The notes beneath the pieces are model-generated. The model worked only from the letters and a program-made list of their open reading frames with translations, made no database searches and was not told where the DNA came from. Below, piece by piece: positions 9,238 to 18,868 of a DNA stretch of 64,000 nucleotides (the first letter of the stretch is position 1; every line of letters begins with the position of its first letter). The position numbers and the translations under genes are program-made. This stretch comes from a virus (lineage: Duplodnaviria; Heunggongvirae; Uroviricota; Caudoviricetes), in IMG/VR virus record IMGVR_UViG_3300042563_001894. One strand, 5' to 3'.

Positions 9238-10137
9238 ATGTCAGATGATGCGGAAATTTTATTGGAGATATTACACGATATCTTAGGGGATGAGAAACTT
9301 CACTATGAGTCAAAGGGTCAGATATCTTTTGACTGTCCAATATGCGATGAAGACCAACATAAGGGAAATATGGAGGTGAACTACTTTGAACACGTCTACA
9401 AGTGTTGGAGTTGTGGGGATGAAAACAATACCAAAGGACCTCTTGGAAAACTTATAGATACTTTTGGTAATAAGAAACAGAAAAAAATCTACAACCTACT
9501 TCAACCGGAAAATCACAAACCAAAAGAGAAACGTGTTGACAAACTAAAACTACCTGATGGATTTACCAAATTCAAAGATAGTAGTTTAGTTTATCCGGTT
9601 CGTCGTCAGGCATATAATTACTTAACCCAACGTGGTATTACAGATAAGATTGTTGAGAAATATGGAATTGGATTCTGTGATAGGGGTGCGTTCTCGGGTA
9701 GGATAATAATTCCTTCTTATGATAGTAAGGACGAATTAAACTATTTTATCGCCCGAAGTTGGGACCCAAATAGTCGTGCTAAGTATAAGAACCCGGAGGC
9801 GGCAAAAGATGAGATAATCTTCTTTGAAAGTACAATTAATTGGAATGCCGATATCTATCTTTGTGAAGGAGCGTTTGATGCTATCTTCCTACCAAATAGT
9901 ATTGCTATGTTGGGAAAACATATGTCGGAGTTGTTACTTAATACATTATATGAGAAGGCAAATGGGAATATAATTATATGTCTTGATGCTGATGCGTGGC
10001 AAGATGCCGTAAAACTATACCACAACTTAAATGGGGGTAGACTATATGGTAAGGTTAAAATAATAAAACTAACGGGTGATGCCGATGTTGCTGATTTAAG
10101 AGGTGATATAGATAATCATTTTTATACAATGAAATAG
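9238..10137 (+). CDS. DNA primase (zinc-ribbon plus TOPRIM, T7 gp4 primase-domain-like, no helicase domain)
   Basis: C4 zinc ribbon CPICDE...CWSCG. TOPRIM motifs CEGAFDA (ExxD-type) and ICLDADAWQ (DxD). Confidence 0.85.
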   Translation: MSDDAEILLEILHDILGDEKLHYESKGQISFDCPICDEDQHKGNMEVNYFEHVYKCWSCGDENNTKGPLGKLIDTFGNKKQKKIYNLLQPENHKPKEKRVDKLKLPDGFTKFKDSSLVYPVRRQAYNYLTQRGITDKIVEKYGIGFCDRGAFSGRIIIPSYDSKDELNYFIARSWDPNSRAKYKNPEAAKDEIIFFESTINWNADIYLCEGAFDAIFLPNSIAMLGKHMSELLLNTLYEKANGNIIICLDADAWQDAVKLYHNLNGGRLYGKVKIIKLTGDADVADLRGDIDNHFYTMK

Positions 10138-11001
10138 ATGATAGATTTAAATGAGGTTGCAAAAGAAATAAGGGGGTTGTTAGATAAACGAAGAGAGGAC
10201 CTTGGGTTAACATTCGTTGAGGATACCCACACTTATTATATGAAGGATGAAACCGGTGTAATCCGAAGTGATTATCCGTCTGTTAGTAAGGTAATGAAAT
10301 ATTTCTACGAGGAGTTTGATACGGAAGGTATCTCACTAAAGAAAGCCAAAGGAGACCCTGAGGTTCAACAACAACTATTAGATGAGTGGAAAGCGGCGGG
10401 TGACTATTCAACCAATATGGGGAGTAGAGTTCACTATATGTTGGAGAAGAAAACCATTGAGATGTTTGGGGATTACAAAGAAGTAAGACAACCCATATTT
10501 GAATGTGACTTCACCCAAATATTAAAGGGGGATAGTATGATATCTGCGGGAACGGCTTACTTGGACCTTATGGTTGAGAGGGGTGCTGTGTTATTGGACA
10601 CGGAGATTGTATTGGGTGACCCCGAGTTGAAATATACAGGACAACCGGATAAGGTGTGGTTGATTATGAATAAGGAACAAACTGAGTTTGGTTTGGTGAT
10701 AACAGACTGGAAAAGTAATAAGCCGAAGAACTTTGAAGAATCGTTCTTTACCAAAAAGATGTATTACCCGTTTGATAAGTTACCAAACAATGCGTTGGGT
10801 CACTATTTTACCCAATTACCATTTTACGGGAAACTTCTTATTAAAATGTTACAAGGAACCAAATACGAAAACATTAAATTGTATGGATGTGTAATTGTTC
10901 TTGTAAAAGAAATTGGTCAGTATGAAGAGTTCCGTGTTCCTAAAGAAGTTCAAGAAACAATCTTGAAGATGGATGTGACAAAATATTTGACAAAGAAGTA
11001 A
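10138..11001 (+). CDS. PD-(D/E)XK family nuclease (RecB/Cas4-like fold)
   Basis: Motifs in the canonical order: THTYY, GQPDKVW (D), ITDWKS (D/ExK), TQLPFYGK (QxxxY). Confidence 0.55.
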   Translation: MIDLNEVAKEIRGLLDKRREDLGLTFVEDTHTYYMKDETGVIRSDYPSVSKVMKYFYEEFDTEGISLKKAKGDPEVQQQLLDEWKAAGDYSTNMGSRVHYMLEKKTIEMFGDYKEVRQPIFECDFTQILKGDSMISAGTAYLDLMVERGAVLLDTEIVLGDPELKYTGQPDKVWLIMNKEQTEFGLVITDWKSNKPKNFEESFFTKKMYYPFDKLPNNALGHYFTQLPFYGKLLIKMLQGTKYENIKLYGCVIVLVKEIGQYEEFRVPKEVQETILKMDVTKYLTKK

Positions 11002-11029
11002 AAAATAACTAAATTTAAAAGAAAAACAT

Positions 11030-11245
11030 ATGGACGATTTATTACAACCAAAGATTGATTTAAAAAAACAACCTACATTAGTATGTGAGGAGTGTGACAG
11101 TATCTACTTCAAAGAAGTTGTTATGATAAAAAAAGTTAACAAATTGTTAACAGGAAGTTCGGAAGACACTATAGTTCCGTTCCCAACATACAGATGTGAT
11201 GATTGTGGTCACGTAAATGTGGAATTTAAATTATTTGATAAGTAA
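11030..11245 (+). CDS. Small zinc-ribbon protein
   Basis: CEECDS ... CDDCGH pair of CxxC motifs; 71 aa. Confidence 0.45.
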   Translation: MDDLLQPKIDLKKQPTLVCEECDSIYFKEVVMIKKVNKLLTGSSEDTIVPFPTYRCDDCGHVNVEFKLFDK

Positions 11246-11466
11246 TGATTACTGAAAGAACTTTTGATACAAATGATTTAAATTGGATTGCCAACTCATT
11301 AAAAGAAAATGTTGGGAGAATGAACTATACCGGTGACTTGAGTGACTGTGGTAATGAGATTGGAATTATAGTTGGATATAAATATAAGAATATGACTGAA
11401 GATGAAACTCAAGATTTTATTTCAGGTATTAAACACGGAATTTCATTAACAAATGGGACTCACTAA
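11245..11466 (+). CDS. Hypothetical protein
   Basis: 73-aa ORF whose start overlaps the upstream stop (TAATGA). Confidence 0.4.
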   Translation: MITERTFDTNDLNWIANSLKENVGRMNYTGDLSDCGNEIGIIVGYKYKNMTEDETQDFISGIKHGISLTNGTH

Positions 11467-12265
11467 TAAAAAAAATATGATTAAAAAAATAGTCCACTTC
11501 AGTGACTTACATATAAGATTATTCAAAGACCACGACCTTTATAGGTTAATTTTGAATGATATGTTGGAACAATTTAGAGATATTAAACCTTGTAGAATCG
11601 TGTTTTCGGGAGACCTAGTTCATTCCAAGAACCAAATGACACCTGAACTTATTGAGTTCGTTGCTTGGATTCTTACGGAGTGTTCTCAGATTGCCAAAAC
11701 TATTGTTATAATTGGAAACCATGATTTTTTGGAGAGTAATTCATCAAGATTGGACGCTCTTACACCGGTAATTGATTCGTTAAAGGACGACAACATCGTT
11801 TATTTGAAGAATAGAGGTGAATACGAGGATGATAATGTTGATTGGGTGGTGTATTCATTACTTGACCATAACATTCCGCCTGAGATTGAAAAAACGGGTA
11901 GATTAAAGATTGGATTGTTCCACGGACCAGTTCAGGGATTAACAACCGATATCGGATATAAGTTTGAAACCGGATTTGAAACTGATAAGTTTGATGGTTG
12001 TGACTTGGTATTATGTGGTGATATTCACAAAAGACAAATCTTTAACATTCCGGGAGGAAAGAAAGCATATATGGTGGGTTCAACAATCCAACAGAACTAT
12101 GGGGAGACAATAACCAAACACGGATTTGGAATTTACAATTTAGAATCTGATGAATATTCATTTGTTGATTTAGATAATCCAAAACCTTTCTTATCATTTA
12201 AGATGAAATCATTTGATGATATAATTAATGGAACTGAAAAATTAATTAATTATGGGAAATCTTAG
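11453..12265 (+). CDS. sbcD: SbcD/Mre11-type calcineurin-like phosphoesterase nuclease
   Basis: VHFSDLHI, FSGDLVHS, GNHD, FHGP and CGDIH motifs in the canonical order. Confidence 0.8.
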   Translation: MGLTNKKNMIKKIVHFSDLHIRLFKDHDLYRLILNDMLEQFRDIKPCRIVFSGDLVHSKNQMTPELIEFVAWILTECSQIAKTIVIIGNHDFLESNSSRLDALTPVIDSLKDDNIVYLKNRGEYEDDNVDWVVYSLLDHNIPPEIEKTGRLKIGLFHGPVQGLTTDIGYKFETGFETDKFDGCDLVLCGDIHKRQIFNIPGGKKAYMVGSTIQQNYGETITKHGFGIYNLESDEYSFVDLDNPKPFLSFKMKSFDDIINGTEKLINYGKS

Positions 12266-12509
12266 TGACAAATACACCAACGAAGAGTGGGATGAAATGG
12301 AGAATCAGATTAAAAGAGATAGATTATTGGGAAAACCGCAACACGGACATATTACGGTTTGGGTGGATAAATTGACTATTAAACAATTAAAAAAACTTAA
12401 AAAGAAGTTAAAGAAATGTGGTATTGATAGTCACGATTGTTCCAAAGTTGACCAATGGATAACGTATAATGAAAACAAAGAACGTGTCACAAATAAAACT
12501 AACGGCTAG
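12252..12509 (+). CDS. Hypothetical basic protein
   Basis: 85-aa ORF, K-rich (KQLKKLKKKLKK). Confidence 0.4.
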   Translation: MGNLSDKYTNEEWDEMENQIKRDRLLGKPQHGHITVWVDKLTIKQLKKLKKKLKKCGIDSHDCSKVDQWITYNENKERVTNKTNG

Positions 12510-13077
12510 TCAATTAAGTAGCGTCAACGAGTATTGTAAATTAAATAATATTGAGGATGTGGACAAGTTCATAACCAAATGTTATACCGAAGGGTTTAAC
12601 ATTACGAAATATGGGTTACTTGGTGATGATTTGGGAAAAACGGGTATTGTTGGTGAAAAACAGGTAGAAATTGAAGTAATCCGTGAAATACGGGTTGAAG
12701 TTCCGGTTGAAGTTATCAAAGAGATTGAGGTAATTAAAGAAATAATCCGAGAAGTTGAGGTTATTAAATATGTTGATAAAGAAGTTATCAAAGAAGTGAG
12801 GGTGGAAATCCCTGTCACAAATTTAGACAACATTTGTGACAAACCTGAACCAATAATTATTGAGAGAATAATTGAAGTCGAGAAGATTGTTGAGATAGAA
12901 AAATCAAATGATAAGACATTACTTCTTCAAGAAACTTTACAGAAACTTAGAAAAGAACTATCTTTAAAGAACACAAGGATTGAAGACCTTGAAAAAATAA
13001 ATAAACAATTGGAATCTGTTAAAGTTAGTCAAGGGGCTATTTTTATGAAAGGTTCTAACTTAAACGAAATGATGTAA
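12469..13077 (+). CDS. Hypothetical protein with EV(I/K)KE(I/V) hexapeptide-like repeats
   Basis: 202 aa with central EIEVIREIRVEVPVEVIKEIEVIKEIIREVEVIK...KEVIKEVRVEIPV. The repeat type is shared with 19162..19923. Confidence 0.5.
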   Translation: MKTKNVSQIKLTASQLSSVNEYCKLNNIEDVDKFITKCYTEGFNITKYGLLGDDLGKTGIVGEKQVEIEVIREIRVEVPVEVIKEIEVIKEIIREVEVIKYVDKEVIKEVRVEIPVTNLDNICDKPEPIIIERIIEVEKIVEIEKSNDKTLLLQETLQKLRKELSLKNTRIEDLEKINKQLESVKVSQGAIFMKGSNLNEMM

Positions 13078-13078
13078 T

Positions 13079-13429
13079 ATGATTAACATTTTAACTTGGT
13101 TCATCTTAAGCTACGGGCTTATGAATATTATGGTTTACGGGTCAATCTTTCAGGGATTCAGAGATTTCTTCCAAAAATGGGGAAATAATAAATTATTACC
13201 ATTTAATGGTATTGCTAACTTTATCTCGGGTATAATAACTTGTCCGATGTGTTTTAGTTTTCACGGAGGTTGGTTTTTATCATTAACCGTATTTTCACCA
13301 ACATTTGTATTGTTTGGTACACCAATATGGATTAGTTGGTTCTTTGATGGAATTCTATCATCTGGAGCGGTATGGGCAATCAATGCAATAATTGAATGGT
13401 TTGAAGAAAATAAACCATCAAAAAATTAA
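13079..13429 (+). CDS. Small integral membrane protein
   Basis: 116 aa with 3-4 hydrophobic segments and a CPMCFSFHGGWF motif. Confidence 0.5.
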   Translation: MINILTWFILSYGLMNIMVYGSIFQGFRDFFQKWGNNKLLPFNGIANFISGIITCPMCFSFHGGWFLSLTVFSPTFVLFGTPIWISWFFDGILSSGAVWAINAIIEWFEENKPSKN

Positions 13430-13432
13430 AAT

Positions 13433-14065
13433 ATGGAAACTAAATTAGGTGATTTTGTTATTAAGTTTTTACAAAATAAAACAGAGACAAGAAAGATTAT
13501 TAAGTGTGATGACTTTTTTCAGTTAATAAATGATATGGGTATTACTGATGATAGTGATGAAATTATAAGTATTATAAATTATTTGGAAGATAATGATACA
13601 GATATAAATTTTCATAAAGCTAACACTCAAGATTATTATAATAGGTTTAGAAATATTGAACGAAAAGTTCAGATGTCTAAAATGTTAATAGGTTCTAAAA
13701 CTGAAGTTCAAAAAATGATTGAGAAGGTTGAAAGTATTAAAATTGAAGAGAGACCGGATTGGTTGGATTATTATAAAAATGAGGATGATGAAGATGAAAC
13801 AAATGTTAATGGTAAGCCAACATCGGATAGAGATAAAAATTTGGGTCAAGACATTATTGACAGATTGACTAATGAGATTAAAGAAAAAATTGAGAATGAA
13901 CCGGGAATGACTTTAGATGAAATCCGAATAGAAATTAATGATGAAATGAATGTTATGAATACTATTCGTCAGGGTTTTGGTATGACTAATGAAATGTTAG
14001 AACAATTAAGAAATGCTCCGGATATTACTGAAGAACAAATAAATGAAATTAGAAATAACAATTAA
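13433..14065 (+). CDS. Hypothetical acidic protein
   Basis: 210-aa ORF, D/E-rich; start lies 4 nt after the upstream stop. Confidence 0.5.
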   Translation: METKLGDFVIKFLQNKTETRKIIKCDDFFQLINDMGITDDSDEIISIINYLEDNDTDINFHKANTQDYYNRFRNIERKVQMSKMLIGSKTEVQKMIEKVESIKIEERPDWLDYYKNEDDEDETNVNGKPTSDRDKNLGQDIIDRLTNEIKEKIENEPGMTLDEIRIEINDEMNVMNTIRQGFGMTNEMLEQLRNAPDITEEQINEIRNNN

Positions 14066-14077
14066 ATAAAAACAATT

Positions 14078-14335
14078 ATGCCAAAGTCAAAATTACGTGG
14101 TGGAGCAAAAGCTCACAAAAAAAGAGTTACATTAAGAAATCAAAACCTTAATGGATTAAGAAAGAAAGCTCAAGCAGAGTATACTGAAATGTTTGAGAAA
14201 CAAATGGAAGAGTTGAAAGCTCAATACCAAAATGAAAATGGTGAAACAACTGAATTAAATACTGAGGTTCTTGGTGACGTTAATGAGGTTAATGTAACAG
14301 ATGCTGAAGTAATAACTCCTGATGTTGAGAACTAA
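14078..14335 (+). CDS. Hypothetical protein (basic N-terminus, acidic C-terminus)
   Basis: 85 aa, MPKSKLRGGAKAHKKRVTLRNQ...; overlaps the next gene by 14 nt (ATGTTGAGAACTAA). Confidence 0.45.
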   Translation: MPKSKLRGGAKAHKKRVTLRNQNLNGLRKKAQAEYTEMFEKQMEELKAQYQNENGETTELNTEVLGDVNEVNVTDAEVITPDVEN

Positions 14336-14834
14336 GATAGTATCTGCGTTTCCTGGTGTTGGAAAAACAACGTATCATAAAAACAACACAGGGACTACAT
14401 TGGATTCGGATTCAAGTAATTTCAGTTGGGTTGTTAATGAGAATGGAGAAAAGGTAAGAAATCCTGAGTTTCCACAGAACTACATTACCCATATTAAAAA
14501 TTGTATAGGTAAATATAAATACATTTTTGTGTCATCACATAAAGAAGTTAGAGACGCATTATTAGATAATTGTCTTTTCTTTTATTTAGTTTATCCGGAT
14601 GACAATAGAAAAGAGGAATTTATCCAACGATACCGAGATAGAGGTAATGACGAGAACTTTATTAAGTTGGTTGATTCCAAATGGGAAGAGTGGATGTCTG
14701 AGTTCTATTGGATGGGTAGAGGTTGTGAGAAACTTACTGCGTATGATGGTTGGAATTTAGATACTGTATTGGAGGCTCAAGAAAGAAGAGACGGTGGTGA
14801 AGTCATTCAAGAAGACGTAGAAGAACTGAACTAA
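14322..14834 (+). CDS. P-loop NTPase / small nucleotide-kinase-like protein
   Basis: N-terminal Walker A IVSAFPGVGKTT followed by hydrophobic strands; 170 aa. Confidence 0.5.
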   Translation: MLRTKIVSAFPGVGKTTYHKNNTGTTLDSDSSNFSWVVNENGEKVRNPEFPQNYITHIKNCIGKYKYIFVSSHKEVRDALLDNCLFFYLVYPDDNRKEEFIQRYRDRGNDENFIKLVDSKWEEWMSEFYWMGRGCEKLTAYDGWNLDTVLEAQERRDGGEVIQEDVEELN

Positions 14835-14839
14835 AACAA

Positions 14840-15016
14840 ATGGAGAAGTTAAATGAAGAATATATTGAGGTGATTAATCAAATGAGGGTCTTAAACAAGA
14901 AACGAAAAGAAATCTTTGATAAATATAAAGACATTGAGCCCAATGCTGAACCGGTAATTATGAGAACACCAACATTTTATCACGATTTATTCGGGAATGA
15001 TTTAGACAAAAAATAA
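14840..15016 (+). CDS. Small hypothetical ORF (58 aa), not in the ORF track
   Basis: ATG at 14840, TAA at 15014; it fills the 14835..15017 gap exactly. K/E-rich like its neighbours. Confidence 0.3.
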   Translation: MEKLNEEYIEVINQMRVLNKKRKEIFDKYKDIEPNAEPVIMRTPTFYHDLFGNDLDKK

Positions 15017-15017
15017 A

Positions 15018-17384
15018 ATGGATTTATTTAATCCCCCACCACAATTTAATTACACAATAATGGAAGATTTAGATATTGTAAACTTGGATAATCCTTACCT
15101 ACAGGTTGTATGGGAGGATTATGCTGAGAATTTTACACAAGAAAAAATAAAGAGTGTTCGTCATTACTTTCAAAAGAAGTATAACACAACCAACGTCAAC
15201 GTAATCACGAAGACAAAGGTTGCTGACGACACCACACATACCGTAGACATATCATTTAACATTTTGGATGAGAACTATCAATTAGAGTTAGTTCGTTCAT
15301 TCTTGGAGTCAAAAGGGAATATGGAACACTACGATGATATCTACCAACTTAATAGTATTGTGGATAACAAATTGTTACAGGACCAAACCGATGCCACTCC
15401 GTTTAAGAGATGGTATATCAAAAACATTGAGTTCTCAAACTTTTTATCCTATGGTGAGAATCAGAAGATAGATTTTGAGAAGTGTGATGGGATTACGGTT
15501 GTGGAGTCAAACCCACCTAACTTTGGGGGTAAGACAGTTCTTACTGTTGATTTACTTATGTTCTTATTCTTTAATGAGACAACCAAGACATCAAAGGCGG
15601 AGGAAATATTCAACAGGTTTACAGAGAGAAACAAAGTCGCCGTAAAAGGTGAGATTACAATCGATGGTGAGGAGTATATCATATTGAGAAATATTGAGAG
15701 AAAGTTATCAAAGAAAAATGAATGGACGGTTAAGACCGAGTTGGACTTCTATAAAAGATTGTCTGATGGTAGTTTGCAGAACTTCACCGGAGAACAACGA
15801 AGAGAGACCGAGGCGTTTATCAAAACATCTATCGGGACCAAAGAGGACTTCTTAATGACCATCCTAACAACTGCCACCAACTTGGAAGAACTAATAGATG
15901 CCAAACCTACGGCGAGGGGTCAAGTTCTTTCAAGGTTTATGGGGTTGGATTTTCTTAAACGAAAGGAAGAAGCTGCCAAAGAAATTTATAGTGACTTCTC
16001 CAAAGGAATGTTATCAAACATCTATAACTCTGAAGAACTTAAAACAGATAACCAAACTAGTCAAGAAACGATTGATACTCTAACGGAGAGTAATCTTACG
16101 TTAGATACTCAATTGGAAGATGCTAAAGCAAGAATCCTTAAGGGTCAGGAGTATCGTGATGGATTGTTAAAATCCAAACACAATATTGATAGAGATTTAA
16201 CATTGGTATCACCGGATAAAGTCCAAGAGGAAATTAATGGGTTGGACCTACAGAAATCCAAAGCCATTTCTGACAGAGATGGGGTTAAGGTTGTTGAACC
16301 ATCCAAATTTTATCACGAGGATAAACACGATGAGGTAAAACAAGAGATTAAGGACTTGATTACCAAACAAGCGGAGAACAACGCCAAGATTAAAAATATT
16401 GAAGAACTTAAGAGTTCGGTTGATGGTGGAATCAAATGTGAACATTGTGGTATTGAACTAATGAATGCGGCAATTACCAACGCAAAAATTGGTGGACTTG
16501 CCGGTTTTATCACGCACAAAGTCGAATTAGAGGGGTTAATGCAGGATTTAACCATCAAAGAGTTAAGTTTTGTTAATCTTAAAAAAGAGTTTGATGAGTA
16601 TGAGAAAAACAAACTTATCAAAGAGAAATATGAATTAAGTGTAGAACGTTTCCAATTGATGATTGATGCGTTAAAAACCAAATTGGAAAGATACTCTGAA
16701 GTTCAGGATAAGATTATTGAAAACAACAAGACAGATGGATTGTTAATTAAAGCGGGGATTAGAATTGATGAACTTGAGGGTGAGAAGAAAACTATTGAAA
16801 CTAGTATCTCAAACAATAAGTTTACAATGACTAACCTGACTACCAAGATAACTTCTAACTTGGAAACAATTAGAAAGATTGCGGAAGAGGCGGAGAGAGA
16901 AAGAGTCTACAAAATCTATTTGGAAATCTTTGGTAAGAATGGTGTGACCAAACTTATAATGAAGACGATGATGCCACTTATTAATAGCGAACTTCAAAGA
17001 CTATTGGAAGATAGTTGTCACTTTAGATTAGAGGTTAAGATTAATGATAAGAATGAGGTTGACTTCCTTATGATAGACAACAACACTCAGGTTGAGAAAC
17101 CGATGGCATCCGGTTCCGGGTATGAGAGAAGTATCGCTTCACTAGCGTTGAGAGCCGTGTTGAGTAAGATATGTTCATTACCAAGAGCAAATGTTGTTGT
17201 ATTTGATGAGGTGTTCGGAAAGATGTCCAACGACAACTTGGAGATGGTGTCAGAATTCTTTAATAAGATTAAAGAATATTTTGAGAAAATATTTGTAATC
17301 ACACACAACCCATTAGTAACAAATTGGGCGGATAATGTAGTGAGAATTAGAAAAGAAGAAAATATTAGTTATGTTTCCCAATAA
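15018..17384 (+). CDS. sbcC: SbcC/Rad50-family SMC-like ATPase
   Basis: N-terminal Walker A region NPPNFGGKTVL; long coiled-coil; central CEHCGIE zinc-hook-like CxxC; C-terminal Walker B/D-loop VVVFDEVFGKMS. Confidence 0.8.
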   Translation: MDLFNPPPQFNYTIMEDLDIVNLDNPYLQVVWEDYAENFTQEKIKSVRHYFQKKYNTTNVNVITKTKVADDTTHTVDISFNILDENYQLELVRSFLESKGNMEHYDDIYQLNSIVDNKLLQDQTDATPFKRWYIKNIEFSNFLSYGENQKIDFEKCDGITVVESNPPNFGGKTVLTVDLLMFLFFNETTKTSKAEEIFNRFTERNKVAVKGEITIDGEEYIILRNIERKLSKKNEWTVKTELDFYKRLSDGSLQNFTGEQRRETEAFIKTSIGTKEDFLMTILTTATNLEELIDAKPTARGQVLSRFMGLDFLKRKEEAAKEIYSDFSKGMLSNIYNSEELKTDNQTSQETIDTLTESNLTLDTQLEDAKARILKGQEYRDGLLKSKHNIDRDLTLVSPDKVQEEINGLDLQKSKAISDRDGVKVVEPSKFYHEDKHDEVKQEIKDLITKQAENNAKIKNIEELKSSVDGGIKCEHCGIELMNAAITNAKIGGLAGFITHKVELEGLMQDLTIKELSFVNLKKEFDEYEKNKLIKEKYELSVERFQLMIDALKTKLERYSEVQDKIIENNKTDGLLIKAGIRIDELEGEKKTIETSISNNKFTMTNLTTKITSNLETIRKIAEEAERERVYKIYLEIFGKNGVTKLIMKTMMPLINSELQRLLEDSCHFRLEVKINDKNEVDFLMIDNNTQVEKPMASGSGYERSIASLALRAVLSKICSLPRANVVVFDEVFGKMSNDNLEMVSEFFNKIKEYFEKIFVITHNPLVTNWADNVVRIRKEENISYVSQ

Positions 17385-17400
17385 AAGTTTGGGAAACATA
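17373..17400 (+). terminator. Hairpin GTTTCCCA-ataaaag-TTTGGGAAAC overlapping the sbcC-like stop, followed by an A/T run
   Basis: 8-bp perfect stem at 17373..17397. Its 3' arm overlaps the -33 TTTG of the next promoter. Confidence 0.5.
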
Positions 17401-17418
17401 ATTTTATTATTATCTTTG
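17388..17418 (+). promoter_or_regulatory. Host-type promoter TTTG-N19-TATCTTTG
   Basis: TTTG at 17388..17391, TATCTTTG at 17411..17418, about 32 nt upstream of the 17450 ATG. Confidence 0.5.
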
Positions 17419-17449
17419 TAACATAATACATAACTTAAACGTATAAAGT

Positions 17450-18019
17450 ATGAATGGTTTAACCAAATACATTTTATTTGTCTTTGCAAAAAACGACAAC
17501 CCAAAAGAATTTACAGAACAAATCGCGGAAGAATTGTGTGTTATTTCTGACACACCAAATCTTAATTTTTATTTTGGACCGGAATCGTCTGTGTTCACAA
17601 TCTCAACATTGGATTCTCATCAGGATGTGAAAGACTACATTGATATGATTTTAGGTGTAGGGGACATTATGTATGTCTTACTACCTTATACGTCTGACAA
17701 TTTGTCATATGGTTTACCTAAAAAAATATCCGAACACCTTTTTAACGATGGGATTAGTGACTTTATGTCAGAAAAATCTAAACTTTCTGATAAAACTGAA
17801 TTTGAGGTGCGAAAAATGATACAAGATGAGATTAAAGAAAGTTTTATGTTAAACATTGACGACTTTGACTTTGATTACGATGAGGAAGATGATATTGAAA
17901 AAATTAAAAATAAAACACGTAATCCATCTTTAGACCAATTGTTAGATAAAATTAAAGAAAAAGGTTTAAATTCGCTAACAGAAAAAGAATTAACACAATT
18001 AAACAAATACTCAAATTAA
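17450..18019 (+). CDS. Hypothetical acidic protein
   Basis: 189-aa ORF with a D/E-rich C-terminal half. Confidence 0.5.
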   Translation: MNGLTKYILFVFAKNDNPKEFTEQIAEELCVISDTPNLNFYFGPESSVFTISTLDSHQDVKDYIDMILGVGDIMYVLLPYTSDNLSYGLPKKISEHLFNDGISDFMSEKSKLSDKTEFEVRKMIQDEIKESFMLNIDDFDFDYDEEDDIEKIKNKTRNPSLDQLLDKIKEKGLNSLTEKELTQLNKYSN

Positions 18020-18020
18020 T

Positions 18021-18821
18021 ATGAAAGAAAAGAGCTCAGGTATTCCAATTAATCAAGAAGAAATAAACCTGTATTTAAAGGACATCCGTAAAATTAAGGT
18101 AATGACACCGGAAAGAGAGAAAGAATTATCTAAGATGATTACATCCGGTACTTTATCCCCAAGGGAGATTGATGAGGTAAACCAAGAACTATTGGAAGGT
18201 AACTTACGTTTTGTTATTACCGTGGCAAAACAATATCAAAATCAAGGATTAGACTTTCCTGACTTAATTGCTGAGGGTAATTTAGGATTAATGAAAGCCA
18301 TCCAAAATTTTGATTGGTCTAAGAACCTTAGATTTATATCTTACGCGGTATGGTGGGTTAAACAATCAATCCTTCAGTCATTAAATGATAATGCGAGAAC
18401 CATCCGACTACCTGTTAATGTGGTTCAGGATTTACATAGAGCCAAGAAAGCGATTGAATCCAACGGTGGTAAGTTGGAGGACAAGTTTCAAAATCTACCA
18501 TCAATGGTTTGGTTAGATATGAGTATTAATGAAGATGGGGACACTCTTGTTGATATTGTTAGAAACGACCAAGCAGATATGCCTGACGAAGTTTTTGATA
18601 CCAAGGATGAATTAAAAAGACAATTACATTCACTGTTGAATGTTTTGGATGATAGAGAAAAAGTTATTGTGGGAGACTATTATGGGCTTACCGGGACACC
18701 AAGAACTCTTGAAGACATTGGTGGTGACTTTAACCTAACAAAAGAACGTGTTAGACAAATTAAAGAGAAAGCCTTACGGAAATTAAGGAATGATAGTTCA
18801 ATATTATACGATTATATGTAA
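18021..18821 (+). CDS. Sigma-70 family RNA polymerase sigma factor (regions 2 and 4 present)
   Basis: Region 2: DFPDLIAEGNLGLMKAIQNFDWSKNLRFISYAVWWVKQSI. Region 4 HTH: TLEDIGGDFNLTKERVRQIKEKALRKLR. Confidence 0.9.
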   Translation: MKEKSSGIPINQEEINLYLKDIRKIKVMTPEREKELSKMITSGTLSPREIDEVNQELLEGNLRFVITVAKQYQNQGLDFPDLIAEGNLGLMKAIQNFDWSKNLRFISYAVWWVKQSILQSLNDNARTIRLPVNVVQDLHRAKKAIESNGGKLEDKFQNLPSMVWLDMSINEDGDTLVDIVRNDQADMPDEVFDTKDELKRQLHSLLNVLDDREKVIVGDYYGLTGTPRTLEDIGGDFNLTKERVRQIKEKALRKLRNDSSILYDYM

Positions 18822-18830
18822 AAACTTTAC

Positions 18831-18864
18831 AACCTTCTATTTATTATGATAGAAGGTTTTTTAC
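18831..18864 (+). terminator. Rho-independent terminator after the sigma factor gene
   Basis: AACCTTCTAT-ttattatg-ATAGAAGGTT, a 10-bp stem followed by TTTTTT. Confidence 0.75.
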
Positions 18865-18868
18865 TTTT

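Noticed and set aside
15461-17504. Seven short minus-strand ORFs (61-122 aa) inside the sbcC-like gene
   Set aside because: They are antisense to a long, well-supported plus-strand CDS, have low-complexity L/F/S-rich translations and no start context.
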